In this document: piece after piece, positions 14,346 to 30,539 of the stretch | Position numbering within the stretch: position 1 is the first letter of the stretch | Layout: every line of letters starts with the position of its first letter | Source of the DNA: the human T2T-CHM13v2.0 reference genome, Homo sapiens | Direction of reading: 5' to 3' | NCBI GenBank assembly: GCA_009914755.4 | Contig: CP068257.2 | Coordinates: forward strand, 43,232,001 to 43,296,000 | DNA length: 64,000 nt | Program-made: the position numbers and the translations under genes | The notes under the pieces: model-generated | The model's input: the letters and a program-made list of their open reading frames with translations, nothing else | What the model was told of the DNA's origin: nothing | The model's database searches: none

Positions 14346-14639
14346 ACAGGTACCCGCTTTCCTGCTTTGCCTCTGCCCTGGCCAGGCTCCGCTGCAGGCA
14401 CCTCTTTGGTGGGGCCACCACCGTTTACGGAAATGCACCTAGGATTTGGGACAGGGCCTCAGAGCGGGGCTCTGTATAGACCAGCAGGTGAGGAAGGAAA
14501 AGGGAAAACAGAACCTGCCCCATGGTCTGAAGCCAGCTGTGTGCCTGTGTGGCAAAGGTCAGCGGGCAGGACAGGGCCCACGTGTGCCTGGCCACCTTGC
14601 CAGTCGGGGGAATACAGCGGACACAGTGCCCAGTTTCCA

Positions 14640-15048
14640 TGGACAGCCTGTATTGAAGTTTTATTTTTTTTCTATACAAGTGATTGATTAACAATATAAT
14701 TAATGGGATGTCATTTTATACCCTGACAAGTTTAAATGTAAATAAATTGGCACCACCTTTAATCAGACTGATGTCCTGACTTGCACAGGAAACACGCACC
14801 TAACCTCACCAACCTCAAGCCCTCCCTCCTCAAGTCTCCATGCAAAGACTGTGCCAGTCAGAGTGGAGCTGTCCCCCCGACGAGCCCCCAGAAGCACCCG
14901 GCCGGCCATGGCTGTCATTTTGAGGGCGGAAAATAACTGGATTTCTGGTTAATTGGTGACATCCTCAAGAGCTGTGGCAAGCCATGTCTCGGCCGCGTGA
15001 TGGGGCAGACATGGTGGGTCCTGACGGCCTTGTCTTCACCAAGTGCTC
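14640..15048 (-). other. ITGB2: ITGB2 3'UTR (3' end approximate)
   Basis: Sequence between the TAG stop (15049-15051) and the inferred polyA site. Confidence 0.5.
14660..14665 (-). terminator. ITGB2: ITGB2 polyadenylation signal AATAAA (plus-strand tttatt); cleavage expected about 15-25 nt downstream, near 14640
   Basis: First AATAAA on the minus strand after the ITGB2 stop codon, about 385 nt into the 3'UTR. Confidence 0.5.
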
Positions 15049-15626
<578 letters not shown>

Positions 15627-16189
15627 TCACTGAGCCGTGTGCCCACAGGTCCGAGGTCACCCCACAACACAGCACTTAGAGAGACGGAGGTTCCCAGGGC
15701 CCCGGCTCACCATCCATCACCATGGCCAGGGGTCAGTGAGAACCTGGCCCAGCCCCTGCTGGATTCCAGGCCAGGCCCTGTGGTTCCAAATGAAACCTAA
15801 GGGCCATTGCCACCACCCCTGCTGACAGAGAAGAAGGCAGGGCCAGGGTACCGGGCAGCCAGGACAGAGTGCTAATACTGGGGGGTAGGACACAGTGCGA
15901 GGGACCCCGCTCTCCTACAGCAGAGTTCAGAACCAGGCTCAGGGTCCCTGCTGGAGTTCACTCCCCATACTGTGAAAGTGATTTGTGGTCGTCAAGGACA
16001 AGACCAGAGACCAGAGCTCAGCAGGTGAGGCCGGTGCCAGGATGAGCAACGCAAGGTCCTGGTTCCCACGGCAGCTGTGCCCACCTCCTGAGCATGGGGA
16101 CTGTGGGCCATAGTGGGCCAGGCCCACAGCTGCTGACCCTGGGACAGACACTAGCGTTCAGTGCAGTCCCTGGCCTGGTCTGGCATCCT

Positions 16190-16345
16190 CACTCCCTGTA
16201 CCCCTCCTGCCATCCTGACCTGCACCCTCACTCCCTGTGGTTGCTCCTGCCATCCTGATCCGCACCCTCACTCCCTGTGCCCCCTCCTGCCATCCTGACC
16301 TGCACTCTCACTCCCCGTGCCCCCTCCTGCCATCCTGCCTTTCCT
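16190..16345. repeat. About 42-bp tandem repeat x3.6 in ITGB2 intron 14
   Basis: ctcactccctgt(g/a)ccccctcctgccatcctgacctgcac repeated. Confidence 0.8.
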
Positions 16346-16699
16346 GGGGGACCTGCCTTCCTTCACCTGTCCTCAAAGGTGAAGTGACTTGGCCAGGATT
16401 GCACAAACCAGACGTGACCCAAGTCTGTCCCTCAAAGTGGCCCGCAGGGGTTCCTGCCCTGGCAGGTGGGGGTCTGCAGCCCCAGGCCCACATGTGGGTT
16501 GTGAGCTCCAGGCGTGTCACCTACAGGCTCAGAGACCCCCGCCGCCTGCCTCGGGTCCCTTCCTGGTGAGGGAGGAGCTCCCAGGTCTCAGTTCTGCAAG
16601 AGTCCTGGCCGGCTGCTGGCCATGCCTGATGGAGTCCGCCAGCGGCCCCCCAGCCCCAGCCCCTCTGCCTCTCAGGAGCCTGTGGAACATGAGACCTGA

Positions 16700-16915
16700 A
16701 GAAGCAGGGCCAGTGTCACCAAGGTCACCGTGGGGCTGGGCCTGGTTCCAACTGGAGCTGAATGAGACAGGGTCAGTGCCACCAAGGTCACTGTGGGGCT
16801 GGGACTGGTTCCGACTGGAGCCGAATGAGACAGGGTCAGTGCCACCAAGGTCACTGTGGGGCTGGGACTGGTTCCGACTGGACTGGAGCCGAACGAGTGA
16901 TGGGGACGGTGGTGC
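16700..16915. repeat. About 61-bp tandem repeat x3.5 in ITGB2 intron 14
   Basis: gtcaccaaggtcac(c/t)gtggggctgggactggttccgactggagccgaatgagacagggtcagtgcc repeated. Confidence 0.85.
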
Positions 16916-17161
16916 CTGGTGGCCCTGGGCCCCTCCAGGGCTGAGAGCCGAGCACCAGGATCTCCCAATCCCCTCAAGGGAGCCTCACGCAGCAACCTGA
17001 CCGCGGGCCACCCCTGGGGACCTGCAACTGCAAGCCTTGCCCCATGAGGCATCCAGCGGGAGATGGCCCGGGCCGTGTGGCATGCTGGTGGGCCTGCCCG
17101 GTGTGGAGCAGTGGTGCCCCCAGGGAGCAGGCCGTCTGCTGCCCAGCTTGATGTGGGGTCA

Positions 17162-17866
<705 letters not shown>

Positions 17867-17955
17867 TCACTGGGGTCCCCGAGTGAGCCCGGCTGCTGGG
17901 TAGGTGGCCGGGGAGTGGGGATCCCTGCCCGCCCTGCCTGCTCCGCCTGCACTCA

Positions 17956-18456
<501 letters not shown>

Positions 18457-18658
18457 TCATGGACACAGAAACTGAGGCAGGGCGGGGTGCAGGGCCATCC
18501 AAGTTCCTGCTGACGCCCGGTGGCTGGGCGAGACTTGCACTGTCTGTCCTCAGGATCCCCCCTTTCTGTTCCACTCGTTGAATGGTCCAGAACGCACCCC
18601 CCAACACCAAGTCTGTGCCGCAGGACGGCCGTTGTCCAGCAGGGACCCACGGGCTCAC

Positions 18659-18903
18659 CCGGGCCGCCGCAGACCTGGCCGTTGTAGCGCTCACAGTTGA
18701 TGGTGTCACACTCGCAGTACTGCCCGTATATCAGCTTGCCGGGGACGTCGCTGGTGTGGCACAGGCACTGCCCGCAGACACAGTCCCCCAGCCCTGAGCA
18801 GATGATGGAGTTGTTGTCCTTCCGGCAGCTTCCTTCCAGCTCCTGGCTGCTCCGGCCCTGTGTCTGGCACTCACAGTTTTTCCCAATGTAGCCAGTGTCA
18901 CAC
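18659..18903 (-). CDS. ITGB2: ITGB2 exon 12: (R)[81 protein letters not shown](G) (I-EGF repeats)
   Basis: ORF 18198..19016 (minus). Acceptor tccccag|GTGTGAC, donor CCGG|gtgagc. Confidence 0.9.
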
Positions 18904-20489
18904 CTGGGGACAGGAGGGGCCCCAAGGTCAGGCTCCCCCCAGTGATGTGGGACAAGGGACAGCCGCCCTGTCCTCCAGGCCCCTTGCCCTTGGTGGAGAA
19001 CACCCCTATGGCACATTTTGCTTTCCTCGAGGCCTACTGAGCACTTGCCACGGACTAAATGTGCTCAAAACGTGCAGGGGCCCCGCGTTCCCTCCCCAGG
19101 ATGTCCCGAGGGGAAAGCAGACACCTGGCCTTGGCCTGCGCATGCAGTGGCTCGGCAGGCTCACTGTGGAGCTGTGTTGCAGCCATGCACATGGCCTGTG
19201 CTGCGATACCGGTGCTCTGTGAGTGGCTGGTGTCTGCTCCTGCGTGCCCCACATGGTGGCCAGTGGGGACTCGGCACTGCCTCCTGCCACAGCCCCGCCC
19301 TCCCTCCTGCGTTCGTGCACTGACAGGCCAGGTTGTGGGAGAATGCAGGGACAAGGGGTTTTTACAGATGTGGAAGCTGGCATCAAGCCGCTGGCAGGCA
19401 GGAGCCACACACACCCTGAGGCATCCTCAGAGACGGCACTGCCACGGGCTCTCCTGCTCCCCAGAGGAGGAAGCTGCAGGACCGAGTGTCTGAGTACCTG
19501 TGGCAGGGCACCCCCCGACACCTGCCAAGTGTTCCGACTGAGTCACCCCTACAGTCCCGTGAAGAGGCCGCCCCAGGGCTGCACACCCAGGACAGTGGGC
19601 GGGGTGGCCACTGAGGCACGAGGACAGCAACAGAGACCACCAAGACCACAGAGACCATCATTGTCCTGAGATATGGGAGGAGGCTGGGGGCAGCAGGGAC
19701 CTGAAGGTGAGGAAGGGCACTGCCACCAGGACGTGGATTGGCACTGCGGTCAGGACAGGGGAGGAGGTGACCAGAGCAAAGGGGGCAGAGTCCTGGGAGG
19801 TCAGCCTAGCAGCTCTGGCCAGGCAAGCAAGGAAAGGGGGACAGCCATCCAGCCCCCGGGCAGGCCGCCTGGCTGAGTGCCATGTGAACCTCCCCACTGG
19901 GTCCACCTGTCCCCCACTTCTCCCTGAGGTGGGGTGCCCACGCCTGGCAGGGGGTGTGCACGCCCAAGAGGTGGCCTATGGGGCCCAGGCTCCCAGAAGC
20001 CATCACCTGTCCCAGGAGGCTCTCTAGCCGCCCATGCCCCAGGGCTGCCAGCCTGATGGCCTTGGGTCCCCAAGGTCAGAGAGAAGCCAGCTCCTAGGGT
20101 CAAGGAAGGTCGGGCAGAGAAAGTGACCCACTCAAGGCCATGGGCACGCCCAGCGGGGACTCCTTGTGCCCCTGAGATGGGCCTCCATCCTCTGGTGAGG
20201 GGGTCCTCCTGCCCACAAGTCCCCTGCCTTGGGTCCTCCATGGCCAGAGAGTGTAGAGTACAGGCTGGCATTGCTGGTGCCCTGGCTCAGGAGCACGGGT
20301 GAGGGCTTGCCGAGGGGTTCTGGGTTCCAATCCCAAATCTCCCCACCTCCTGCAGAAGGGGGCCCCCAGGATGCCTGCTCCGTGGGGTGGGGGAAGGGAT
20401 GGAGCCACCTGCACCCACCTCACCTGCCGACACCTGCCCTGTGGGGTGGGGCTCGGGGATGGTTCAACAGGGACCTGCGCCCGCCTCAC

Positions 20490-20677
20490 CTGCAGATGCC
20501 GCACTCCAAGAAGCCCTTGCCATGGCAGAGGCTGCGGTCTCTGCTCTGGTCCCGGCACCGGCACTCACACTGGGGAAGGACCTGCACGGTCACTATGTCC
20601 GTGAAGCCCAGCGCCCGGATGACAAACGACTGCTCCTGGATGCACTCTGTGGCCGTGACCTTCACCTGGAAGGTGAT
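20490..20677 (-). CDS. ITGB2: ITGB2 exon 11: [62 protein letters not shown](R)
   Basis: Minus-strand translation. Acceptor gccctgcag|ATCACC, donor TGCAG|gtgagg. Boundaries cross-checked against plus-strand ORF 20229..20801 coordinates. Confidence 0.9.
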
Positions 20678-21016
20678 CTGCAGGGCAGTGCTGGGCTCAG
20701 GTGGGGACCCTCGGTGGCCAGGGTGGCAGCCCAGCTCCCAACCCTCACCTCCTGGCCTCTGCAGGGGTCCTGGGGGGTTCAGCGTGGGGAGGAAGGGGTG
20801 ACCAGGAGCAGGAAGAGCTGATGCTCAGATCCGAGAGCCAAAGTCAGCCGGCAAGGAGGTGCTCTGCCCGCACTCCCGCACTGGCCGGCACCAGGATCTC
20901 CCCGGCCACACATCAGCAGAGACATGTGACACGCAGACAGCAAATCAGGAGAAGCTGAGCACACTCCCACTCAGACCACCCAACATGAGGGAAACGTTCT
21001 GGTGAGAATCCATGGG

Positions 21017-21307
21017 ACAGCTGGGCGCCGCGGCTCACGCCTGTAATCCCAGCACTGTGGGAGGCCGAGGCGGGTAGATCATCTGAGGGCAAGAGTTTGA
21101 GACCAGCCTGGCCAACATGGCGAAACTCTGTCACTACTAAAAATACAAAAATTAGCCGAGCGTGGTGGCACACGCCTGTAGTCCCAGCTACTCAGGAGGC
21201 TGAGTCAGGAGAATCACTTGGATTGTAGTGAGCCAAGATCGCACCAGTGCACTCCAGCCTGGGCGACAGAGCGAAACTCCATCTCAAAAAAAAAAAAAAA
21301 AAAAAAA
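21017..21307 (+). mobile_element. Alu SINE, sense, in ITGB2 intron 10, long poly-A tail
   Basis: gctgggcgccgcggctcacgcctgtaatcccagcactgtgggaggccgagg...gcgaaactccatctcaaaaaaaa. Confidence 0.9.
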
Positions 21308-21904
21308 TCCACAGGCAACATTTACCAAGAAACATGTTTGAAGGAATTCCAAAGTCATATTAAGAAAATGCAATGAAAGCAAGTGTCTTGCTGAATATTA
21401 TTTCACAGCTAGCAAAAAAAAAAACAAAAAACAAAAAACAAAAAAAAACAACAAATGATTGGATAATAAACTTAAACCTGAAAGATTAGAGAAGGAACTC
21501 AGTGTCCATTCCTAACCACCTGTGTGGCCCATGCCTTAATGTTTCTGTCAAAAAAACAGAATGAAACACGCAGAAAATCATGACAACTAACCCTACCCAG
21601 GTTTGCCGTTTGCGCCTGTTCTGTGTGTCCGGCGTCTGCCCCCAGGGGGCGCAGCCATCACTCCATCCCTCAGTCTGCAGTGGCCTGACCCAGGGATTTG
21701 GGGCTCCAGGTTGATGAGTAGGACTCTTGGGGGCCAAGGCGTGTGTGAAGAACCCTCCCAGCACCCTCTCACTGAGAAGCACCCTCTCGGCACCCTCTCA
21801 CTGACGTTCCTGACATCAGCTTCACAAGGAAAGCGTCTGGCCTCGGCAGAGAGGATGTGAAGGAAAGAAACAGGGTCCTTCCAGTGGATGCTGCCTGCTC
21901 CCAG

Positions 21905-22080
21905 ATAGCCTCTGATGCCTGTGTGCCCCTCCCTGCCCCCGTCAGAGTGCTGGGATGGGGACCCTGGCTCCTTCTGGCTGTCCCCAGGACCCCTCAGTGT
22001 GCTGGGATGGGGACCCTGGCTCCTTCTGGCTGTCCCCAGAGCCCCTCAGCAAGCTGGGATGGGGACCCTTGTGGCCAGGC
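21905..22080. repeat. About 57-bp segment repeated about 3x, abutting the exon 10 donor site (intron 10 side)
   Basis: gtgctgggatggggaccctggctccttctggctgtccccag(g/a)(a/g)cccctcag repeated three times. Confidence 0.8.
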
Positions 22081-22084
22081 TCAC

Positions 22085-22225
22085 CGGGACATTGATCTGC
22101 ACGCCATCACAGTCACCTCTGGGCTGGTTCCTGTGCGTCACTCCATTGCTGCAGAAGGAGTCGTAGGTGACTTTCAGGGTGTCGGGGAGGGCGTTGTGAT
22201 CCAGGAATACCCTGGAGGAGAGTTT
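22085..22225 (-). CDS. ITGB2: ITGB2 exon 10: [47 protein letters not shown]
   Basis: Minus-strand translation. Acceptor cccgcag|AAACTC, donor CCG|gtgagc. Cross-checked against plus-strand ORF 21857..22549 coordinates. 47 codons, phase 0 at both ends. Confidence 0.9.
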
Positions 22226-22554
22226 CTGCGGGCAGAGAGCGGTTACTCTTGGGGGCGAGTGTTTCTGTTGTCCTGGCCCTGCCTGGCCCAGCGGTTTAGA
22301 CCCGTCTCCACTTCTCCTCTCAGTGCAAGTCCCCAGTGTCAGCTAATGACACAGAGGAGAGCACAGCAGGATGTGCTGAGGATGGCAGGGCTGCCAGGGC
22401 CACAGTCCTGCCCTCGAGACAGCCTGACCACAGGGACTAGCATGGAGCCAGGGTGTGAGCCTCAGGGGTGGGAGCTTCTGCTGCTCCTCAGCCTTGAGTC
22501 CCCAGGACCTAGCACAGGGCAGGAGCTGCATAAATTGTTCAAGCGATAAGAGAG

Positions 22555-22745
22555 ATGGGGAGAAACAGAGAGAGGCAGAGACAGACAGAGATGGGCAGAG
22601 CCAGAGCCAGAGACAGAGAGATGGAGAGAAACAGAGAGAGGCAGAGACAGAGACAGACAGAGATGGGGCAGAGACAGAGAGAGACAGACAGAGAGAGACA
22701 GAGAAAGAGAGACAAAGACTGAGAGACAGACGGAAATTGAGAGGA
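22555..22745. repeat. (AGAGAC/AGAGAG)n purine-rich low-complexity tract in ITGB2 intron 9
   Basis: gagagatggggagaaacagagagaggcagagacagacagagatgg... for about 190 bp. Confidence 0.85.
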
Positions 22746-23444
22746 GGCAGAGGGACAGGTTCATAGGGGCATCGGGTGAATGGCCAGGGCAGTGGCGTCA
22801 CCTGCATCCTCTGTGTAAGGACAGAAACACCTCGGGCAGTGGCTGGCACCCAGGAGGGTCTGCTCTGGGGGTTTGGGGCTCACGGGAGGCTACGAGAAGC
22901 AAATGGCACCTCCTCCACGGGCCTTCAGTTTAATTCAATGACCCAACGTTTGTCGGAGGCGCTAACGTGCTGAGCTCCCTCAAGCCAGCAGGACCTTTGG
23001 CCTAGAAGGATCCAGGCCAGAATTCTGAGAACATCTCTCACCTGGGGGTAGATTTCCAGAGCAGTCGGGACCTCTGGTGCCTGGGGCCCTGAATGGCACC
23101 TAGTGCGCACCTATGCCTACCTATGCCCACCAGGGCCATGGGCTCCCCAGGGGAGCAGCCCAGGGTGCAGCTCGATGGGCCGTGCACCAGGGAGAAATTC
23201 AGGGGGTAAGGGCTTCTCTGGAGCTTGCCCAGGACAGGTGAACAGAGCAAGAGGAATTCCACCCCCCAGGGTGTCTTCCCAGGGCCCAAGTCCACTGTGG
23301 GGGTTTCCTGTGGCCTCCTCCTGCCCCAGCTGCACTGTTTGCCACCAGACCTGTCCACCTCCCTTCTCCATAGAGACCCGCAGAGAAGAGTCTGGAATGA
23401 AGAGTCCGGAGCTCAGGTTTCAGGGAGCATCGCCCACAACATCA

Positions 23445-23852
<408 letters not shown>

Positions 23853-23924
23853 TCAATGCAGTTTTGCACTTGGTCCCCAGAGTGTGTGGTCAGTGATGTG
23901 TGGTAAGAGGTTCTTGGGGGTAAA

Positions 23925-24620
<696 letters not shown>

Positions 24621-24654
24621 TCATGAGGATAAGAAAAGAAAGCAAAGCCCTGAG

Positions 24655-24850
24655 CTGCAGCATTGTCCAGGCCTGCCTGTGTGAGTCCTCCTGCCTGCGG
24701 TGTGAGTGATCCCGCCTGCGGTGTGAGTGCTCCCGCCTGCGGTGTGAGTGATCCCGCCTGCAGTGTGAGTGATCCTGCCTGCGGTGTGACTGCTCCCGCC
24801 TGTGGTGTGAGTACTCCTGCCTGTGGTGTGAGTGATCCTGCCTGGTGGAT
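24655..24850. repeat. 21-bp minisatellite (cctgcggtgtgagtgatcccg and variants) x about 9 in ITGB2 intron 8
   Basis: Direct reading of consecutive near-identical 21-mers. Spurious ORFs on both strands (HSHRR.../PACGVSDPACGVS...). Confidence 0.85.
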
Positions 24851-26269
24851 TTCAAGCTCGCAATATCACTGGGTTGGGAGGACGTGCATGGTGGCCAGTG
24901 TTGGCCAGAATTTCCACCACACAGGTAGGGAATTCCTACCACCACACAGATGGTAGGCGGAAGTAGCCCCACGAGGGTGGATCACAGTAAAATCACCAGG
25001 AAGCCATCGGCTCTTGGCACTCTACTGAGTTTCCATGGGTGTTAAACAGCCCGGTGACATCGGTTCTGGCCGGCCAGATGCACAGGGGCGCAGCCAGCCT
25101 CCCCCATGTTCACACATGCTCAGCTTCTTTCATGGAAGATTGCGGCATCATTTCACCTTCCAGGAACACGGAGCAGATGGTCGGGTCACCTCCCCGCCCA
25201 AACCCTCCCATGACTGCCCTGCATGGGCCCAGTCCCTTCCATGGAGCTCCTGGGGCCGGTCACAGCCTGGCCACCACCCTCCTCTGCGCCCTCCGCCCAC
25301 CGCCCACTTCCATCCGTCCCAGTCTGGGGCCATCCCTGTCTTGGGAGAGCTGGGCCCTCCCACATCCTGTCCTGCTGAGCCTGCTGTGCGCTTGGTGCAG
25401 AAACACACTCAGAGGGGGCGTGGCACGTGTGTCCACACTCGCTGCCTGTTGCCTTGACCACCCCCGAAGGTGACCAGGAAAGGCTGAGGAAGGCTTGTGT
25501 GCCCCAAGGCTCAGCAGTAGGCATGGGGTGCACTCTACCTGCCTCCAGTGCCTGGCCCTGGTGCCACACCATCGCCTGGAGTCTGGCTGCCATGACAAAT
25601 GGCAAAGGATTGGGACCTGCTACTGCTGGTGAGGAGGGGACCGTCATGGCCACCTACAGATGGGACACAGGGCTGTGACATCCTGACCAGCAGGTGGTCT
25701 CTGTGGATGTCCGGCCCCAGCCCTGCCCTGCGCTGACCCACTGTCCCGGCAGCCTGACCAGCTCTGGGTGCCCACTCGGAGGGTCCCCCAGACACCTGCC
25801 CCCATCCCGTGTCTCCCGCAGGGTCCTGCTCCCACTCCAGAGCCCGGGGAACCTATGGCAGGAACCGCTGGTCTCGCTGTCGGCCCCAACACACCACGAG
25901 GTTGAGCTTGTAGCTGGGATACGGGCCTGACAATGGATCCCTGTAGTTCAGCAAATGTTCACTTTACAAAAGCAGCGGCCCTCCCGGGCACTTTCCTTCC
26001 CCAAACCCCGAGTATGTCTCCTCAGCCTAAGCAGCAGGGCAGGGGCTGTGAGGCTGCCCAGCTGGGCAGAGCCCCAGGCAGGGGGAAGAGGGGGCCCTGG
26101 TTTCCTGCGTGCCATTTTGAAGAAGATGGCGGTGATGGCCCTGGAATGGCCAGCAGGTCGGTCACTGTCCGGATGAGGATAATCGGGCCCTTTAGGGCGG
26201 CTGCTCTGTGAATTCCCTGAGTGGGTGAGCTCAGTACCCACGACGCACTGCCCGCCGGGCACCACTACC

Positions 26270-26360
26270 CCTTTCACAGATGAGGAAACTGAGGGCTCGG
26301 GGTAAGGAAGGGCCTGGGGCGTCCTGTGGTAAGTAACAGAGCTGGGTGTGAGGTGAGCCA
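26270..26360 (+). mobile_element. MIR SINE core fragment
   Basis: ctttcacagatgaggaaactgagggctcggggtaaggaagggcc...gtaagtaacagagctgggtgtgag matches the MIR core (acagatgaggaaactgaggctcagaga...gtaagt). Confidence 0.5.
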
Positions 26361-27752
26361 CCCAGGGCCCTGTCCACCCTGAAGAACGGGGCACGTGGCT
26401 GTGTAAAGTACAATGACAACTATCTCGTTCCTCCAGCTCCACCCTGAAGAACGGGGCACGTGGCTGTGTAAAGTACAATGACAACCACCTCCTTCCTCCA
26501 GCTCAGTCCTTCTGTCCCTGTGGCCTCAGGGCCACACACTGTGCAGGCTGCTATGGGCGGAGGCTCCTTTCAGGAGGGCGTGCAGTGTTTCCTTCCTTCT
26601 AGCGAATCCCTGTTACACAGTCAGGGCTCCACCCAGCAGGCCTGGCTGGCCACACCCCACACATGCCAAAGAGTGGTAGACCCCGGCTGAGCTCCTGAGA
26701 GGTAGCCTCTGAGCCCTTGGTACATCCTACCCGATGGGGGTGTCATTGTTCCTGGGGCCTCAGGTCACACCGGATAGTCCCACAGTGTGATTTGGGGTGG
26801 GGCCCTGGACAGTTTTCAGCTTGACCTCTGGAGGGCTAGAGACTGAGGTCAGCCATGGGGTGTCAGCCGCGCCGCTGTGACTGACCCCCAGTAGACACCG
26901 AGGCTCAAGAGCCTCCCTGGGGACCATGTTCTGTGCATGAGGCCACACATCATCGCTGGGAGGATGGAGCGCCGCCCACACCCCTGCAGGGAGGGGACAC
27001 TGGGAGCTGGTGCCTGGTTTCTCTCCTGTGCACCTTTGACCTTTGCTGACTTTTGTCTGTATCCTCCCACCTCGGGCAGCGGCTGGCACCCAGGAGGGTC
27101 GGCTCTGCAATAAACTGTAACTGTGAGTTTACTGGTTCCTGAGCTCTGCAAGTCCTTCCGGCAAATCACTGATCCTGAGAAAGGTCTTGGGAACCCCAAC
27201 AGCACCTGAGCGTCTTGACGCACTGACCTGCTCAGGCTGAACACATGGCACTAGCAGCGGAAATGCAGGATGAACGTGTTTCACTGGGGGCCTCTTTTTC
27301 TAGGAGCAGAGGCTGGTTATCAGCTGTGCTTCCTTCGTGAAATTCATCCCACTCCGCACTCCAAGCTTGTGAACGTTTTTGTGTAATTTTATCTTCACGG
27401 AGAGTGTTGATGTTCAAATGTATGTGAGCATAAAATAAGTGTGTTTCCATAAAATAAAGAATTGTGTTGTATTCCAGGAAAAAACAGAAATATCACCAAT
27501 GCCAAGACATGCTGTTAACACAGCTGAGTTTCAGGGACGGGGAGGAATTCCTCCTCCTATCGACACGCAGGCGTCCTGTCCCCGACGGGAAGCCTCGGGC
27601 TCCTCACCTAGGGGGATCCAGGACCTGGGCCGGCTGGTTGCTCACGTGCCCAGCATGCAGAGGTGGCGCTCAGACCTGCAGTGGCGCTGGGTCTGGCCTG
27701 TGGCTGAAACATGCCCCCACCCAATGGATGCTCGGGACCCAACAGCACTCAC

Positions 27753-27848
27753 CTCGTAGGTCTTCACCATCCTACTGGTCACCGCGAAGATGGGCTGGAT
27801 GTTGTTTTCAGCCAGCTTGTGCGCCAGCTGGCCCACCGATGGGTAGTC
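27753..27848 (-). CDS. ITGB2: ITGB2 exon 8: [32 protein letters not shown]
   Basis: ORF 27642..28169 (minus). Acceptor ctctccag|GACTAC, donor GAG|gtgagt. Confidence 0.9.
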
Positions 27849-28929
27849 CTGGAGAGAGGAGGTCCTGCTCAGTTGGCCCCGAGTCCAGGACAAGGCTTCC
27901 AGGTACCCGCCCCTGTCTGCCCCGCTCAGCGTCAGCCCTGCCCGTGCTTCGAACCCTCTCTGGGGAAGGCTGGAGAGGCAGAGGCTGCCACGCAGGAGTG
28001 CAGGGCAGAGAGCTGCCACGCCCTCTGGGCAATGTGTGCATAGACTCGGGCTTTCAGAGTCCAGGCATGAGCAGCATTTGAGGCGTCTCACCGTGGGACT
28101 GGGGATGTCCACGGGGGCAGAATCCCAGCCTTCCCCACACGGTGGACCTGCTTTCGCACTGAGGGACACTCAGTTTCGGTAGAGGCCATGAGTGTCAGGT
28201 GCGGCTCTCCCTACCCGAGTTCCGGGACCCGAGGGCCGTCCCTCCCCTGTCTGTGGCTCCCGGCGGAGGACCTGAGTCTTGTATCTCTAAAGTCCTTTGC
28301 GGCCCCCAGAGCCTACAACGTCAGGCTGCAAGAGCGTCGCACTACGGCCAGCGAGGACAAGCCCCTTGTGACCAGTGGTTGCCTCTCGGCCCACGGCTGA
28401 TCCCAGCCAGAAGTCCTGGCCCCTCTGAGCCATTGAGATGCCTCCGCAGAGAGGCTCATCCTAACCCGTGCATCCTGGGCTCCTTCTCGCCTCTGTCCCT
28501 CCCTGCATGTTCCTCATGGTCCCCGCAGCCGCTCACCCAGCTCAGGCAATGGGGGCAGGGAGGGGCCACACTGGAGGAGGCGGACTCAGGGGCAGCAGGG
28601 AACGTACAGTGGAGGCCGGGAGGGGGAGGAGGCGGATGCTTGGGGATGGGACCCTGGCCAGAGGCGGGGACGGCAGGGTGCAGCCGTAGCCTGGGGGCGG
28701 TTACTATACCTCCACAGCAGCTGTCAGCCCAGGTAGGGGGGCAGTGGGGCTGGAGACCAACAGAGCCTGGGTGTCCCACAAGGGCGAGGCCGGGCCTCAG
28801 CCTGGCTGCCCCCACCAACCCTACCCTCCCCTGGCCTGAGGCCAGTCCGGGGAGACCCCACGCTGCCACTTGGGGCTTCCAGAAGTTTCCTCAGGAATCT
28901 GCTCCTTGGGTCAGAAGGAGGCTCTGTCA

Positions 28930-29349
<420 letters not shown>

Positions 29350-30077
29350 TCAAACACCCCGTGCACATGTGAGGCGCAGGGAGTGGAGGCACGTGTGGAA
29401 AGGCAAGGAGAGAGACACGGCTGCGGTCCCTGCACTTCAGAGCTGGGAACAAACCCTCAGGAAACCATCCCCAAGGGGAAAAACCCTCGCAGACGTGTGG
29501 GCCACACGCAGAACGAGTGCAACATGGAGGAAAACGAGCCTGAGGGGCCCAGCAGGCCTTGAGTCCACCATTGACAGCCCCTGGCAGGCGCATGTGGGGG
29601 CCGTGCGTGTCCTAGGCTGTGACCTCACACTCGTGAGCAGTGTGTCTGCGCTGGGACTGCAGGGAAGCAGGAGAGCTAAGGTGGGTTGTGAGGGGAGGAC
29701 AGTGCATGTGGCCTCAACATGGCCCAGGGACTGTGGCTGCTCTGTTAGGCTGACAGTCACAAACTGGGTGGGCGGGACGTGGAGAGCGACACACACTGGG
29801 CAGCCAGCGCCCACCCGGCCTGGAGGGAGGAGGGTGGTTCCACCCCAGGAACCACGGGACCTGCTGCCTAGCGGCCCTGTTCCACCCTTGGCCGCTCGCA
29901 AAATGTTTAGGCTTCATAAGGTTTGCCCAGGGTCACAAATTTAACTCACAGCAAACAATGAAATCAGCGCATGATTTTCAAGCCCTCGTGGTCACCCTCC
30001 CTTCCTCCTGCCCTTTCCTGCATGGGCAGCAGCAGGGTGAGGAGCTGCTCTCCCCAGGCCCAGGCTGGAGTCCCTCA

Positions 30078-30482
<405 letters not shown>

Positions 30483-30539
30483 TCAAAGGGGCACGAGGGC
30501 AAGCCTGTTTCCTCTCTCCTAGCAGGGAGGTGGAGAAAG

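Noticed and set aside
13119-14438. 403-439 aa ORFs on both strands across the 21-bp minisatellite (PPAVYTSPPAIYTS..., LHLPSSSLHLPSS..., STPPLQPSTPPLQ..., EGRCRLLEGRCRW...)
   Set aside because: The periodicity exactly follows the 21-bp (7-codon) DNA repeat. Open frames exist in multiple frames on both strands simultaneously, which is the signature of a tandem repeat and not a gene.
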